Positions 23,074-37,800 of a DNA stretch of 64,000 nt are shown in pieces (the stretch's first letter is position 1; each line of letters begins with the position of its first letter). The notes under the pieces are model-generated. The model saw nothing but the letters and a program-made list of their open reading frames with translations, ran no database searches and had not been told where the DNA came from. The position numbers and the translations under genes were made by a program. The stretch is from assembly GCA_010093815.1 (NCBI GenBank), contig ML996573.1. The stretch is one strand, 5' to 3'. The stretch is from Pseudovirgaria hyperparasitica (taxonomy: Eukaryota).

Positions 23074-24443
23074 CTATGATGCATTTGTTCCACTTGCCGA
23101 AAAAGTCTGATCATGCCAGGAATCTCCTTTCAGCTGCATCAGAGCTTCTGCAGCTTGGTGGGTATTCCAGTGCCTTGTCCTCGGAACGTCTGCCGCAGAA
23201 CTGTTCACGCCCTCTCGCTGGCATTCTATCAATCCCCATATAGCTTCGATCTCTGATACACAGTACTCTGACTGGGTCCGTGTGTTCACAGTAGATGACA
23301 TTCCGTCTGTGGATTCTCGAGAACGTCCTCCAATCGCATGGTGCACTTCAGGAGTCACCGGCGGACACATATCTGCATCATTCACTCCGCTTTGTGTATG
23401 GCGTGGTGTCTGCTGGCGCATTCGAGCGGACCTTCGCACGGAGGAAGATCTCGACGATTGCAGAGCATATGCTCTCTGAGGAGAAGCAGCATTGTCATCT
23501 GTATTTTCCCATTTCTTGGCTTGAGCGATGCAAATATCGACGATCGCTTGGGGAATGAGGAAGTTCGCAAAGCATTTATGCCCAGGCGGTATGCAGAGAG
23601 ATATAAAGTCTTTCCCAAACACTGGGGTCAGGGCGTATCTGATGTCATAACAGAATGTCGCCGCCGCTGCCTTGGCTGCTTCGAACGGAACCCAGTAACC
23701 TGAGAGCATGAGTAAACACCACAGGTACACGACAGATCAACTGACTGACCCTGTGCGGGAATACTTCCACCAGTAACATTAAATGCATAGTCATCGATGT
23801 TGTTGAGAGTAAGCATTCTCTTAGGTACTGTCTAGGGAAAGTGTTGGCATGGGACTGTTCCAACTCAGCAAAGCCATGTACGCACCTTGGAGTGGCCTAA
23901 TGCTTTGAAGAACGAAGTCATCCTGACGAAACCAGTTGTATGGTCCCATGCAACATACCAGAACTTCTCTTTCGCCTCGGCTACAACTCGATGACGAAGT
24001 TCATGAGGTAGTTGAAAGACGTACTGAAAAACTGCATCTCCATTAGCGATCTCTGTCGATATCACGCCTCTACTCTCCGCACCTTCGAACCCTGCACGTC
24101 CGGTCCTCTCCCGGAATTTCTTCTTGTTGCTACTGTACGGAATAGTGCGATGGTAGTTCGCGATGCTACCCTGAGGGAAAATACGAAATCTCCTGTGTTG
24201 CTGGGCGAGCTCTAGATCGCCCGCATCTTCATGGGATGGATAAGCAACATTCTCAGGAAGTGGCTCTGCTCTGACGAAGGGTATAACATCTTTTGGAAGC
24301 TTTGGAGCCTTTGGAGAATCCGGTGATATGATTGCTACTCCTGGTGGGACAAATGTACGAGGTAACGATTGAGTTTGATCGTATACAACATCGTCCATAG
24401 GTTGCCTAGTGGGATTGAGCATGGTCCTGATTGACATAGACAT
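23074..24443 (-). CDS. APSES/KilA-N transcription factor, Xbp1-like; 3 introns
   Basis: IPYSSNKKKFRERTGR..FE|VFQY..WDHTTGFVRMTSFFK..|..NVTGGSIPAQG|YWVPFEAAKAAAATFCYDIRYALTPVFG; AAEALMQL near the C-terminus. Confidence 0.85.
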
Positions 24444-27400
24444 GACTGTTCTGCAATATATGTCAGCTGTTTTTTTGATTCAGTGTATATGTTGGAGTGT
24501 ACAGATTGTATGACAGACCAGACTTGCGGTGAAATAAAGACAAAAAGTGATGGTCGTACTACGGAAAGAGCTTGGGAGAGAATAAGAGCAGTGAGGTCGG
24601 TCAAACGCAATCTTTGGGAGAGATGGTTTGCGAGACAGCACATGAAGGCCAGCAAGGTCTTTTGTTGTCGAGTGGACTCTTGAACAGCGATATGGAAGAC
24701 TGGTTGGCTCTGTTCCATCCAACAACCTAAGCGTGTGCATCTGAAGTTCGTTTGAGCAGCTACAGTAGCTGGATTGAAGGATATCGGTTCGGATCAGGCT
24801 TTTTGGCAGTACGTTGAATTACATCCTTCGTCCATGGAGATCATTGGTTGTTGTTTGTCTCAACGAGCAGATTTCTATCCAGCCAGTTTCATGGCTTGTT
24901 TGCGTCTGCGGGCGGTGTGTGGCATTGCTTGTTTCTTCCAGAGATTGTCTCTGTCACCCAACGCTTGCTTCGGCTTCTTGCAGCAACCAAAATAGCATTT
25001 ATACATAGCTCGTTGTGAGCGATGGTAGAATGAGCCTTTTGACATTCGCACATGCACGTTCCACTGATGCACGCAGGGGTCAATCTGGAGCAACTGGTTA
25101 GTTCTGTGATCAGGACAATACCTGCGCGGCTCTCCACTATCAACCTGGGATAGGACTACTCAGCATCACTCGTAGCCTTATTAAGATGGCCTTGAAGATA
25201 GAGATCCATCGACAGGGGAATATACCCGGGTAGCTTGCACCAAGCTATTCGTATCCAACTGGACGTAAAGAGATGCCAAAAGCCTTTACTGGACAGTTAG
25301 GAGCTCCACTAGATCCTACTCCCAACATGAATAAGTCTAAATGCCGTCGTAGCTAGCCTGAGTCGAGTGCGGTGCGACAAGGTATTCTTGGATCGGTATA
25401 AGACGAAGACCATCATACAGCTGCCCGGTTCTAGCAAGCAAGATGACGTTGTTCAGCAGACGATGATATAGCAGCATTTCAGTCTGCGCGGCATATGTTG
25501 AACTTCCATGCATAGAATGAAACTCTAGAAAAGTCTTTTGATGGGTCTCATCGTCTAAGCGACTTCGTACGCCATGCATGTCTTTAGGACAGTTACAGCC
25601 GTTCTTGAACGGAAGACAGGGTATCCTAGCACGCATCTTTCTCCACGTTTCGATCAGAAAGACGGTGCTTGGATCCACAGATCCACAGCTCCACTCAAGC
25701 ACTGCACCAGTTCCTCCTGTCTGCTTGTTGTCACTGTCGGGCGATTGGACTAAAGAGCCCTAGGATCCCCGTTGCCGTAATTATCTTTTCCAGTCGGAAG
25801 AAGAAAATTAATCTTTGCAATCCAGGATCGTCAATTCTGCTGAAGCCTTGGTGTAACGCATGTAGCCGAGGCCCGTTGCAATGGTTGCACATTGGATTTG
25901 GCTTGCCAGCGTGGAGCAAGGGGGAGGGGGCTTGTCAACGACACACTTGACTCATAGTATCGACAGGCATGTCTATCATTATGAGAGTTTTGCTGGCTGG
26001 GACACTTGTTGTCGGAGCATTCAGTTACCATGAAGGCTTTCAAAAGCGTATAGGGCGAAGAGCTTCTAACGATGCTATGCGTCTAGAAGGCTCGATTTCA
26101 CTATAGGCAAGGTCTTCGGGCAGCACACACTATATCGAACCAAACGTCACCGACCCAAGAATCCGTAGTCAATGGTATTTCCGACCAAGAGAGTGCTGTC
26201 AGTCACATGACTGAGGGAAGCTTGTATTACCGGAACGGTCTCGCAGTGTCTGCCAGCGTCGTACATATCCGTGATATCCCAGCAAGGCCCACCTACCCAC
26301 TGACTCTGTTTCCACTTTATTGCCACTTTAACCAGCTGCAGAAACACCTCAGAGGGCTTCTCACCATATATTCAAGGCCTAGCGGCAACGCTCCTTGCAA
26401 CCGATGCACGTCTATCCGTATGGACTTGTGGGAGTCTCTTCCAGAACGATATGGCTGAAGGAGCTCTGCTGCGTAACAACAACCTACATAATGCTAATGT
26501 GATTTTAGCGTTACCTGTTTGTTTGCTTTTTCAAGCTGGACTAGACTTTCACACTGTCTCGGGCCGTTCTTGTATCTTCGTCGCGCGTCATCTTGGTGTC
26601 TTGATAGGCATAAGATGATGGGCTGCCACTGGTGTTGCAGCAGGGGGTGTATCAACAATTACTTGGTCTTCAGATCTGTTGCTTGTCTGCCACTCAATAC
26701 CATGTATGCTGGTCGAACGGACCGCCATATCCTGGAAGCCGTCCGACATGTCGCGCAGAACTACACTACCTTACCGCAGCACCGGCCCGTTTCGATTACA
26801 AGCCACTGTCATTCCGACCTCCAATCAGCGGCTACCACAGCAGGTTCTGGGTCTTGCAGATATTGATGATTCGTTCCATTTGGATGGGTTCGGCAGCAAA
26901 TACCCCCACAAGGGGAAGACTTCCATTTCGGCACCCAACTGTCCAGACGCAGTCATAATTAGCTACACACGACAGTAGTACGGTTATGGCAGCCTCAAAA
27001 AATGCCCGTAATTGGTGGAAGTGACTACTACAGGCAGGACTGCTGCTCGAAGTCTTCAGGATTGTTACATATGGACAGTGAAAGGTACTCGCGATCTCCT
27101 ACTGTGCAGAATACCCATTCTTTCTATCGGCTAACCATTGACGTATAACATCTCTCATATGTAGCTTGATCCGGAAACAGTTATTCTTCAGCCTTCCTTA
27201 CTTCAGGCCCTGGGTGGTGAAGCAAGCAGAGTTACACGAACTCGTGGGACACACGCCTTCTTTCTCCCATATTTTGCCATCTTTTACACAAAGGGCATGG
27301 CCCACCTACAACATGCAACCTGCAACCTGCAACGCCGTTCGGGTGCTCCAGAGCCCCGTTGGTTCCGGTGTAGGGAGTCTTCATCATGTCGTCGGAGATG

Positions 27401-29371
27401 GTCCTGCACCCTTCATGATCCCCCTCCACCTCCTCCCAGCCGTCCGGCTGATCGGCTCGATCCGCCTTCCCCGAGCATTCTCTGCTAGATTGGTCTTTCT
27501 GGAGCCCTAGCTGGACCTTGCTCCTCTTACTGAAGAGAGGGTTTGATGACGTGAGACGACTTTGGATGAGGTCTGTTTGAGCTGTCGGTGAGTTGCTCAT
27601 GCCATGAAAGATGGAGCGACTTCACACTACCTTAAATGTTCATGACCATGCCTTCTACCATCACTCCTTGTACAACGATTCGGTTCATGCGAACGTTGAC
27701 AAGTCTCCCCAAGATAGAACTGCCTTGCCGTACGCCAACTTTCACAACCTCCATTGATACACCATTCATTCTTGTGTCGCCCAATGCCCAAACCCCAATC
27801 AGTGATACACTGCCATTTCGCCCCGCGTTCGGGGCTTTTAGCAAACGGCAAGCACGCGGTCCCAAACGGTCGTAACGTTCCTCATAAGCTATCGAGGCGG
27901 CTTGCCCACGCTCCGAGTCACTGTTAGGACGGCTTGAACAGCTTCAAGACTGCTGTTTGGGATTTGGCATAGACCTGTTTGCTTGATTTCTATTGTCGTC
28001 GACGATGACAACGGATGCTTGGTGTTTGGTTGCCTGTCGTCACTAGGACGCCTTTTCTTTTTGGTTGACTTTGTTGGCTGGTCGCTGGCTGGTTAGCTGG
28101 GGTGTGACACTGACAAGGCTTGGAATTGCTGCTTTGAGTAGGATGGAGCGCAGTGCTTTGGATTCCAAATACACCATGTGAGTGGGAGCTCGAACTGGCT
28201 GTGAGAACCCTTAATTCGATGTCGAAGGAGATGTCATTTTCATCATCGACTCAGCTCGACGGCTAATCGTTTCACGGCGAGAGTCAAGTAGGCTTCCAAC
28301 ATGTCTCTCGTGATGTCTACATGGATCTGATCACCTGAACCGGAGAGAGCGTTTGCCAAGTCCTTCCAAAATTCCACTCACGTTCAAGCTCAACCAGGCC
28401 TACTAAGTATGGTCCCAAGGTTATGTTGCACGGCGAGCGGTGCTTCTATCCAGGTTATGCCTACTTAAAGCTGAGATGCTATGATGTGCTACTTGCATAT
28501 CCCATATAACCTTCCAGTCTCTCATACTTCATCTTGTCTTCGTCGCTACGTTACCTGCCTATCTGCGACTGCCTCTCTTCTCGTACGGCCAGTCCAGACT
28601 AATGTATTCTACGTGACGTATAGAGAAACTCAACATAAGAACTCGACTGGCTGGTGAACCACCTTGGTACTTATTGGATATATGGAGATGTCCATCAGTG
28701 TTTCTGATTGAGCTTAAGCTAGTGGTGTGACTACCACCAAACCATTGTGGTATATAGCTCCTTTATTTTGATCCTCATCAAATGTATGAGCATAACATAG
28801 ACGTCATCTTCCCTTAATCGTGCGCAAGTGCTCAATGGTAGAGAGAGCTATATGAGTTACACGCCTGCCATTTGCGCTTTTTTTTAGCTGTATACACAAC
28901 AAATTCTTGATCATCTTTCTGTGACATATCGCACCTGAAATACACACTAGGCGAAATATCCATCGCCATTCGAAGACAATGCAAGATTTAGGAAACCAGC
29001 GAGCATGATATACCGGAACGACTGCCTCACACCATGCACGCATACAGACACCACACAAACATACACTCACTCAACCATTCCAACCTCGCCCTCCCAGGCG
29101 TACTGCACAACCAAGTCTACACCTCCCATCTTCTCGCTCTTCTATGCCTCACGAACACCTTCTTCCTCAACCTCCTCTCCACCACCAGGAACAACTCTAA
29201 AATTCCGGGCCGACTAAATATAGTAGTTCTAGAAGGCTCAATGTTGTATTTTCCGTAGTCTTCTTATTCTCTCACGCCAAGAACACAAGAAATGAGGGAC
29301 AAGATAATCATTCTTGCTTTCTTGGCATTGTTCTTTACGTACTGCTTGCTTTCGCAGCCGGGCCAGGCCAC

Positions 29372-30664
29372 TCAATCAAACGGGATCCTACGCAGCCCTT
29401 CAATGCCCATGCGCTTCTTCATTTCCTCTGCCGCGCCTACACTACTGGGAACCTTGATCCCGCAACAATCGCCCCACGAATTCGCCGTGTGGACGTGTCT
29501 CATGCCATCCTTCATGACTACAATCTCGCCGCCTTCCGCCTCATCCTCTTCGCGAGGCACGCCGCTCTGCTCCTCCGTGCTCATGCCATCCACAGCCGGA
29601 ACCAGCGATCCGAACAGGAAATGCTGCATCACGGGCAACTTGCCCAGCACCTCGCGCACAAACATCTTGCGCATGCCGCCCTCGACCTTTTCCCACGATT
29701 TGGCTGCGCTGATGTCGTCGAGCATGGGGCTGTGCCAGCGCAGACCCTCGACGTTCTTGACGCTGTTGACGAATTGTACTTGGTCGAGGTACATGAACTC
29801 CTTGCCGAATTCCTCGAGTGTGAAGGCTTGGTGGATGGACTTGGGGCGGATGTAGGGGTGGTGGTAGAGCTGTGATGCGCCGAAGAGGAATGGGAGGAAC
29901 TGGTAGTCGTCGAGACCCCAGACGCCGTGCGAGCCGGCGGGCTCAAGGTAGTATGTCGTCTGGACGTTGCGCATGAGGCGCAGGTAGCGGGGAAGGATGC
30001 GGAGGATGACGGCGGGGAAGGTGGATGGTGGGAGGTAGTTGAGGCGGTTGAGGCAGAGCAGCCATGTGAAAAAATTCAGCTCATGGCCGGAGCCGTAGTC
30101 GATTCGTGTCCTGTTGCCAAAGGAATTGCTCAAGTATGTTGATATCTCATCGACGGTGGCAGGATCTGTAATGCCTAGCTTCGCGTGCCATTCCTGCTGT
30201 GCCAGCTCGACCTCGTCGACGTATCGATGGAAGCTCTTGTTTCCAAAGCGTGAGCCTTCATTGTCTTCTGGTGGACATTTTTGTATGAGTGCCTCGGCCT
30301 CGTCGAGGACTTGTAGTACTGCGTGAATTATCGGGTCGAGTGTTTCATCCTTGGCAGAAGATATGGGTTTGTCTCTCACGCTGTCCGAAAGTGTGAAGAT
30401 GAAAGAAGTGATGAGATCGTATGTGGAAGAAGCTAGGAAGACGGCATGGTCGTGGGGTGAGAGAATACGTCTACTGGGCTTTATGTATTGCCATCCTTGC
30501 TGCGTCGCAGGAGGCTCTGGGAGTAGCGGAGTTTGCGGAGGAGGGCTGCGGGGTCGTTCAGGGACGCTGGATTTCCGATTCGCAGGGAGTAGGGATTTGA
30601 GGGGAGGAATCTTCTTGGAGAGATCTGGAGGACTTTCAGGGACGCCCTGTGTGGCTGTAGGCAT
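29372..30664 (-). CDS. RRD2: PP2A activator (PTPA) 2
   Basis: SRFGN, SFGNRTRIDYGSGHELNF, YYLEPAGSHGVWGLDDY and EVLGKLPVMQHFLFG motifs; C-terminal WGDCCGIKVPS..IPFD is typical of Rrd2. Confidence 0.95.
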   Translation of the reverse strand: MPTATQGVPESPPDLSKKIPPLKSLLPANRKSSVPERPRSPPPQTPLLPEPPATQQGWQYIKPSRRILSPHDHAVFLASSTYDLITSFIFTLSDSVRDKPISSAKDETLDPIIHAVLQVLDEAEALIQKCPPEDNEGSRFGNKSFHRYVDEVELAQQEWHAKLGITDPATVDEISTYLSNSFGNRTRIDYGSGHELNFFTWLLCLNRLNYLPPSTFPAVILRILPRYLRLMRNVQTTYYLEPAGSHGVWGLDDYQFLPFLFGASQLYHHPYIRPKSIHQAFTLEEFGKEFMYLDQVQFVNSVKNVEGLRWHSPMLDDISAAKSWEKVEGGMRKMFVREVLGKLPVMQHFLFGSLVPAVDGMSTEEQSGVPREEDEAEGGEIVVMKDGMRHVHTANSWGDCCGIKVPSSVGAAEEMKKRMGIEGLRRIPFD

Positions 30665-30897
30665 CTTGAGCGAAAGTGTGGTGTCGGTGGTGGATAATCG
30701 TAGGCACGCTGGGAGCTTGAGGAATCTTTGAAGCTCAAGCTGTAGGTTCCGTCCACGATAGGCTTGGCACTTCAACGTCATCACATGCTTTCACTCCGAG
30801 GCGCACGCCAAACTCCCAGTCACACTTCGCCCTGTTTCGAAGATACACTCCTCCACTGAAGCTCTCCATGAGATAGCAAAGCAGTGTCGAGTCCACC

Positions 30898-32595
30898 ATG
30901 GACGACGATACAACAGGCGTGTTCGCTAACCGCGACGAACCAATCCCCGTCGTCATCACCAACCCCCCCGAACCCACGGCCTCCAACCAGACCTTGAAAC
31001 CATATCCCCAGGAGAAGGCCCGGTCAAGATCACCAGCCGAAAGACTGCGGACGAAGCTTCAAGACAAACTGGAAGAGCAACTCGCCGACCAAGGTGCCGA
31101 CGCCACTGCCGACCAGCCCGAAAAGAGCACCAGAAAGAGCATACAGGACCGGCTGTTCAACAAGATCTTCGAGCAGTTCATACCAGAAGACCCCGGCTTC
31201 GAAGATGAAGATGAAGCCAACGGGCCAAAAGTCAAGGACAGACGATCACGCAAATATGTCGCCCGGCCAAACTTCAGCCTGCCGGTCATGTCCAACAACT
31301 TCAGACGCTTCAACGCGAGGTACGCTCTATCCCTTCCTCTATACATACATACACTATGAACCATCATAACACTCACTCCCCCCGAAACCAGAATCGGCGT
31401 CGTCTTCGTCTTCCAAAACCGCGCCATCCGCCTCTTCTCCTGGGCCGACCCCTCGCACACCCTCTCCTTCCTCGCAATCTACACCCTCATCTGCCTAAAC
31501 CCACACCTCCTCCCCGTCCTCCCCCTCGCCGGCACCCTCTTCTTCATCATGGTCCCAGCCTTCCTAACCCGCCATCCCCCTGCCGCACCCAACTCCTCCT
31601 CCTCCTCCTCCTTCGACCCCTCCACAACAGACCTCTACCCCTACCTCGGCCCCCCGACCGCCCCAGCCCGCCACGTCAAGCCCGCGCCAGACTTCAGCAA
31701 AGACTTCTTCCGCAACATGCGCGACCTCCAAAACAGCATGGAGGACTTCAGCCGCGCACACGACAACGCCATCGCCCTCATCGCCCCCCTCACAAACTTC
31801 AGTAACGAAGCCCTCAGCTCCTCCGTCTTCCTGCTCGTCTTCGCCGCCGCATGCGCGCTCTTCGTCGCGTCCGGCCTCGTCCCCTGGCGCGCCGGCGCGC
31901 TCCTTCTCGGCTGGGCAGCTACGTGCGCGGGACATCCCGCCGCGCAACAAGTGCTGCTCTCCAGACGGACGGAGCGCGTCCTGCGCAACGGCGAGCGCGC
32001 AGCGAGAAAACGCTTTAATGTCTTTGCGGCTGCGGACAATATCCTTGCGGAGGCGCCGGAGATGCGCGAGGTGGAGGTGTTTGAGCTGCAGCGGCGGGAG
32101 GAGGCGGCGCTGTACGGCGACGAGCGCGCAGCGACGGCGTACGAGCCGTACATGTTTAGTCCTGCGCCGTACACGCCGCTGTCGCCGGCGCGTATCTCGG
32201 GTGAGAGGCCGCGGGGCACGCGGTTCTTCGAGGACGTGCGCGCGCCGCAGGGCTGGAAGTGGGCGGATAAGAAGTGGACGCTTGATTTGCTGAGTACGGA
32301 GTGGGTGGGGGAGAGGATGATTACCGGGGTCGAGGTTGAGGTTGAGGGCGAGAGGTGGGTTAGTGATATCCTGTATGATGAAGGTGTGTCGTTGTTGGCG
32401 GAGGAGGATGGGATGATGTCGGCGGATGCTGGCGTGAGTTTGGCGAAGAAGGGCGCCAAGGGGGGCAAGGTGAAGATCGGGGTGCGGAAGACGTGGGAAG
32501 AAGGGAATGGGACGGGGAGAAAGGGGGAGTGGAGGAGGCGTAGATGGGTGCGCATGGTGCAGAGGAAAGTCTATGGACCGGACAGTAAAGACTGA
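30898..32595 (+). CDS. Pex24/Pex28/Pex29-family integral peroxisomal membrane protein (dysferlin-like C-terminus); 1 intron
   Basis: FSLPVMSNNFRRFNAR|IGVVF, SKDFFRNMRDLQNSMEDF, EVEVFELQ, W(K)WADKKWTLDL and GEWRRRRWVR motifs. Confidence 0.9.
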
Positions 32596-32827
32596 TGACC
32601 TTGCCCGGTACCACGATGTTGTAGCACTAGATGATCAGACATGAAAAGTCTTTATAAATTTCCAGCACATGGTTTTTTGCTTCAGTCTATAATACGTACC
32701 TAGAGGCTAATACCTGATGTAGCAGCTTTTTTTTTTATCTATCCTTGTCCGTCTTGGTATCATGTCTTGTTTCTGCTCCCCTGTGCCCCAACAAGCCCCT
32801 CGAAGCGTGAGCGTGTCCTTCTCTCAC

Positions 32828-34057
<1,230 letters not shown>

Positions 34058-34894
34058 TATGAATGACGTAGAATGTAGACGTAGAGCTTGACGCGGAAGA
34101 GTGAAAAAACAAGAGAATATTGAGGCGTGAGAATGTTGCAATGAGTGTCTTGAGAGACGTTGGAGAAGTTTCCCTACTATTGCTGCCCGCGTCATTTTTC
34201 ACTTTTCCTTCTGGCTGGCGGGTCCCTGGTCTGGTCAGGCCATTGGGCTGTCCTGGCCCCGCAGTCATTCTTGGCAGGGCAGAGATGATCCATCCATACA
34301 CCGATATATACTACAATAATTACCTTATAACTACCCGGTGAACCGATAGACACCACCACTTCGCCATCAAAATCACTCTGGGCTTCACAGCGCGTGTTTC
34401 GTGGGCAGTAAACCACATTGATGTCTTCTATCCAGACTATACAGTACTTTTGACTCTAAACCCCGGTCGTACCTTTCTTTCCCTGCATTCGACGTGCTAG
34501 CACTGCTAAAAGGTGCATCAAGACATTCCCGGTACAGAAGGGTATAAACTTTGCCCACCCGTGCTAGGCGCTCGGCTTCTCCCATCTCTTGCTGTTGTGA
34601 AGATGCATCTTCCTCGACTTTGGTCATTATGCTCTGTTGAATTTTGCAAAACTTGCTTGGCGACTGAATGGAACGACTCGCTTGCTCCTGAAAATGCTCC
34701 CTTCCAAAATCCCATCATCGCGCACGCTACTTTAAAAGAATCTTTTACTAAACTCATAATGCGTTTCATCCTCCGTGATGCTCATGGCCTTTGCGTGGCT
34801 GCTATACGCCTGCGCATGGTCATTGTGCAACATGGTGATGACTTAGGTAGTATGTTCTTGCGCTCACGTAATCTTACTCGTGCTCAGGTTGCAT

Positions 34895-37800
34895 CTAACG
34901 AGTCCGCTAAAAACATGTCAGTCCTCGTAATGGTAGCAAATCCGCTCAGACTAGACATACCAAGCTTGCTGCCGCGGCCGCGGATGCCAAATCCAGTTTT
35001 CCACTTGTGCTCCGTTGTGCCACTCGAGGGAGGCCACTCAATGACCCAGCTGTCGGCACCGTTTGGCCATTACTTGACCTCTTGACACCGACACTTGTTT
35101 GGTTTCCGTGAATCGTAGAGTGTCTTCTTGGTCCAGCACCCTTGACGGGTGAGCTGCTTGATGTCTCGCGTGAGTTCGCGACCGCAATGCCATTTCTCAA
35201 AGTTGTCGCTGGAGGCTCAGGCAATGGCCTCGTTCGTTGAGGTGTTTGTTGTACGGCCGAGGGTAAACGCTTTGCTGGTGAGACACCCGACGTACCATTG
35301 ATCGGGCCTCTTGGGCGTAGCATGCTAGGACGCTTCTGCCCGGTCATGAACTCGTGCGATGCCGCATCATCTGGTTTCATACGTCGTTCTGGATCCCATC
35401 GTAGACACCGCGAGATAAAGTCTAGGAATGCCTCGTCGTCACATTTCAAGGCTTGCTGTAGTGTTTTTGTGCTAGGCCTCCTGCGCCGGCCTTTCGAAGA
35501 TACCATCACTCGGGCCTTGCCTTGTGAGTCAAAGAAAAGCTTTTTACGGCTGCTCTTCTCAATCAGATGTTTTTCAGGCGGCCCAAAGATTTCCATGATA
35601 CACGCCAGCTGCTCTTGTTCGTTCTCACCAGGGAATATAGGGTAACCGGTGTACAGTTCCGCCAGAATGCATCCCAGACTCCACATATCGATCGGCATCC
35701 CGTAACTCATACCGAGTATCACTTCAGGAGATCGGTAGAACCGGCTCTGAATATAGGTATACACTTTCTCGTTCTCGAAACAACTCGACCCGAAATCAAT
35801 TACCTTGATCTCCGACTGCAGTGGATGCGCGAGCAAGATGTTTTCAGGCTTCAAGTCGCAGTGGATGACACGCTTCGTCTGCAAGACCTGCAGACAACTC
35901 AGAATCTGCCGTGTGAAGCGCCGAATCAATTTGATTGAGAATCCTTTGAACTCATGGGCCTTGATAAACTCATACAGATTCATGCTCAGAAGTTCTGTCG
36001 AAATGCATAAATGACCGCGGAAGTAAAAGCTTTGGGTAAAGTTAATCATGCTGTGTTCAGCTTTCGGATCCTGTTTGCAGTTTAGTTGGATCCCTTTGAC
36101 TGATGATCTATACTCACCCATTCGCGCAATTTCTGTAGGATGTTGACCTCGACTAAGGCCTGCTGATGGAATCTTTTCTTGTTCCTTATGATCTTCACAG
36201 CAACCAAAGATCCCGTCTTGTGGTCAACACATCGGACGACCTGACCAAAACTGCCTTTGCCCAGAAGATCCACCACTTCGTAGCGGTAAGCCAAATGGTC
36301 TCCAAAGACTATGTTATAGTCGCCTCGGTCGTCATCGTAACCGAAGTTTGCGGATTGAGCATTGAGATCGCCGACGTGTTTCTTCGCGTTCCTGGTGCCA
36401 CAGAAATAGATTTCTTTATAATCGATGATTTCGCCTCGCTCGAACAGATTCAGATTGACTTGTGCCAGTGCAGCTGCAGGAGTGACCTTCGGCTGAGGTT
36501 TGGCCGAGTCTCGCAGCTTGTCAACATCCTTGGCCGCTAATTCAAAATCCTTCCGTTTATAGCCAAGCCTTTTCATCTCCTCATCGGCGGCAATGTCTTC
36601 TTTTTCAAGATTTGTGTCCAGGTTCCGACCCCGTAGAGCACCCAAAGATGGTCTGTTTGAGATTGAGCTCCGAAGTCCATCCATGAAGCCAGGTCTATTC
36701 TTCGGTGTTACAAGGTTCTGTTCGGAGTACGTTGGAGGTTGTACACTCGAACTGCCTTGTCGCCTGTGAACCTGGCGCTTCTCCGTTTCCGTGTCACTCA
36801 TGAAGTTCTGACCAGAAGGCTTGCGGGTGCGCTGTTCGAACGAAGACCGTGGAGCTTTTCCAGGCGTCGGACTTGGTAGTATATTGCTGTTGCTATTGCT
36901 ATTCAAGGTTTTCGAAGCTGGTAGTTTTGGTGGAGGCATCTCATTCGACCTCGATGGCTGCTGGTCTTCAGATTTATGCTGCACTGGTTCTTTGGTTAGC
37001 AAACTGTGTGTACTGCCAGAAGCCTTGGATGAACTTCTTTTAAACTTCTCACTGAGCCTCCTATGTAGGGATGGGCCCGATGAAGGAGTCTCCGGCTCAG
37101 TTGAAGTATCAGTTTGGATGCTCTGAATCGACGCGGTTTCTTGCTTGACAGCAGTATAAGAGCGCTGACCATGTGATTTTCCTTGTTGAGATTCCGAATC
37201 AGTGCCATCGTAGCCGTATTCTCCGCTGGGTCTACTTCTGATGTGCCCGAATTCGCCACTGATCTTGGGTAGGCTTGCTGATGCAAATGGCGTCGTCGTT
37301 TGCCTACTGTTTGCGTGGCTCGGGATAGGTATTGCGGCTGTCGACATCGGTTGAAATGCAGTATCGGATCGCCATGTATAATGAGAGCTGTTGCTTCTGA
37401 GATGTGAATTCTCATATTCAGTGTCCTTGAAGGAGAAAGAAGCTTTGGAAGCGGTCATAGGGGTACTCGGCGTTTTAGGCACGTTGGACTTGGGCGGCGG
37501 CGTCTCATCATGACGATTGTCAACTTCCGCTGAAGGCGCAGGAAAGGATGCAATGCGTGACGCTGTGGGTGTACTGAGAGGCAGGAGATTCAAAGGCGGT
37601 AGCCTGAGGGGTTGCCGGCTTGGTTTTGCAACTTGTCGGATGGGCGGCGCTTTGTCAACATCCTGACTGCCACTACCAATTGTCATGCCCCGTTTATGAC
37701 GAGACTGTACTTTTGCCTTATCAGACATTGTAGGGTAGATTTCTGATACAGGTCCATCTACCGAGAGCTTGTCGTTGCCGGAAGAGTCCTCTATCATCGA

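Noticed and set aside
29292..29855. 187-aa ORF with a signal-peptide-like start, antisense to RRD2
   Set aside because: It mostly overlaps the conserved RRD2 frame, and the hydrophobic start comes from T-rich 3'UTR sequence.
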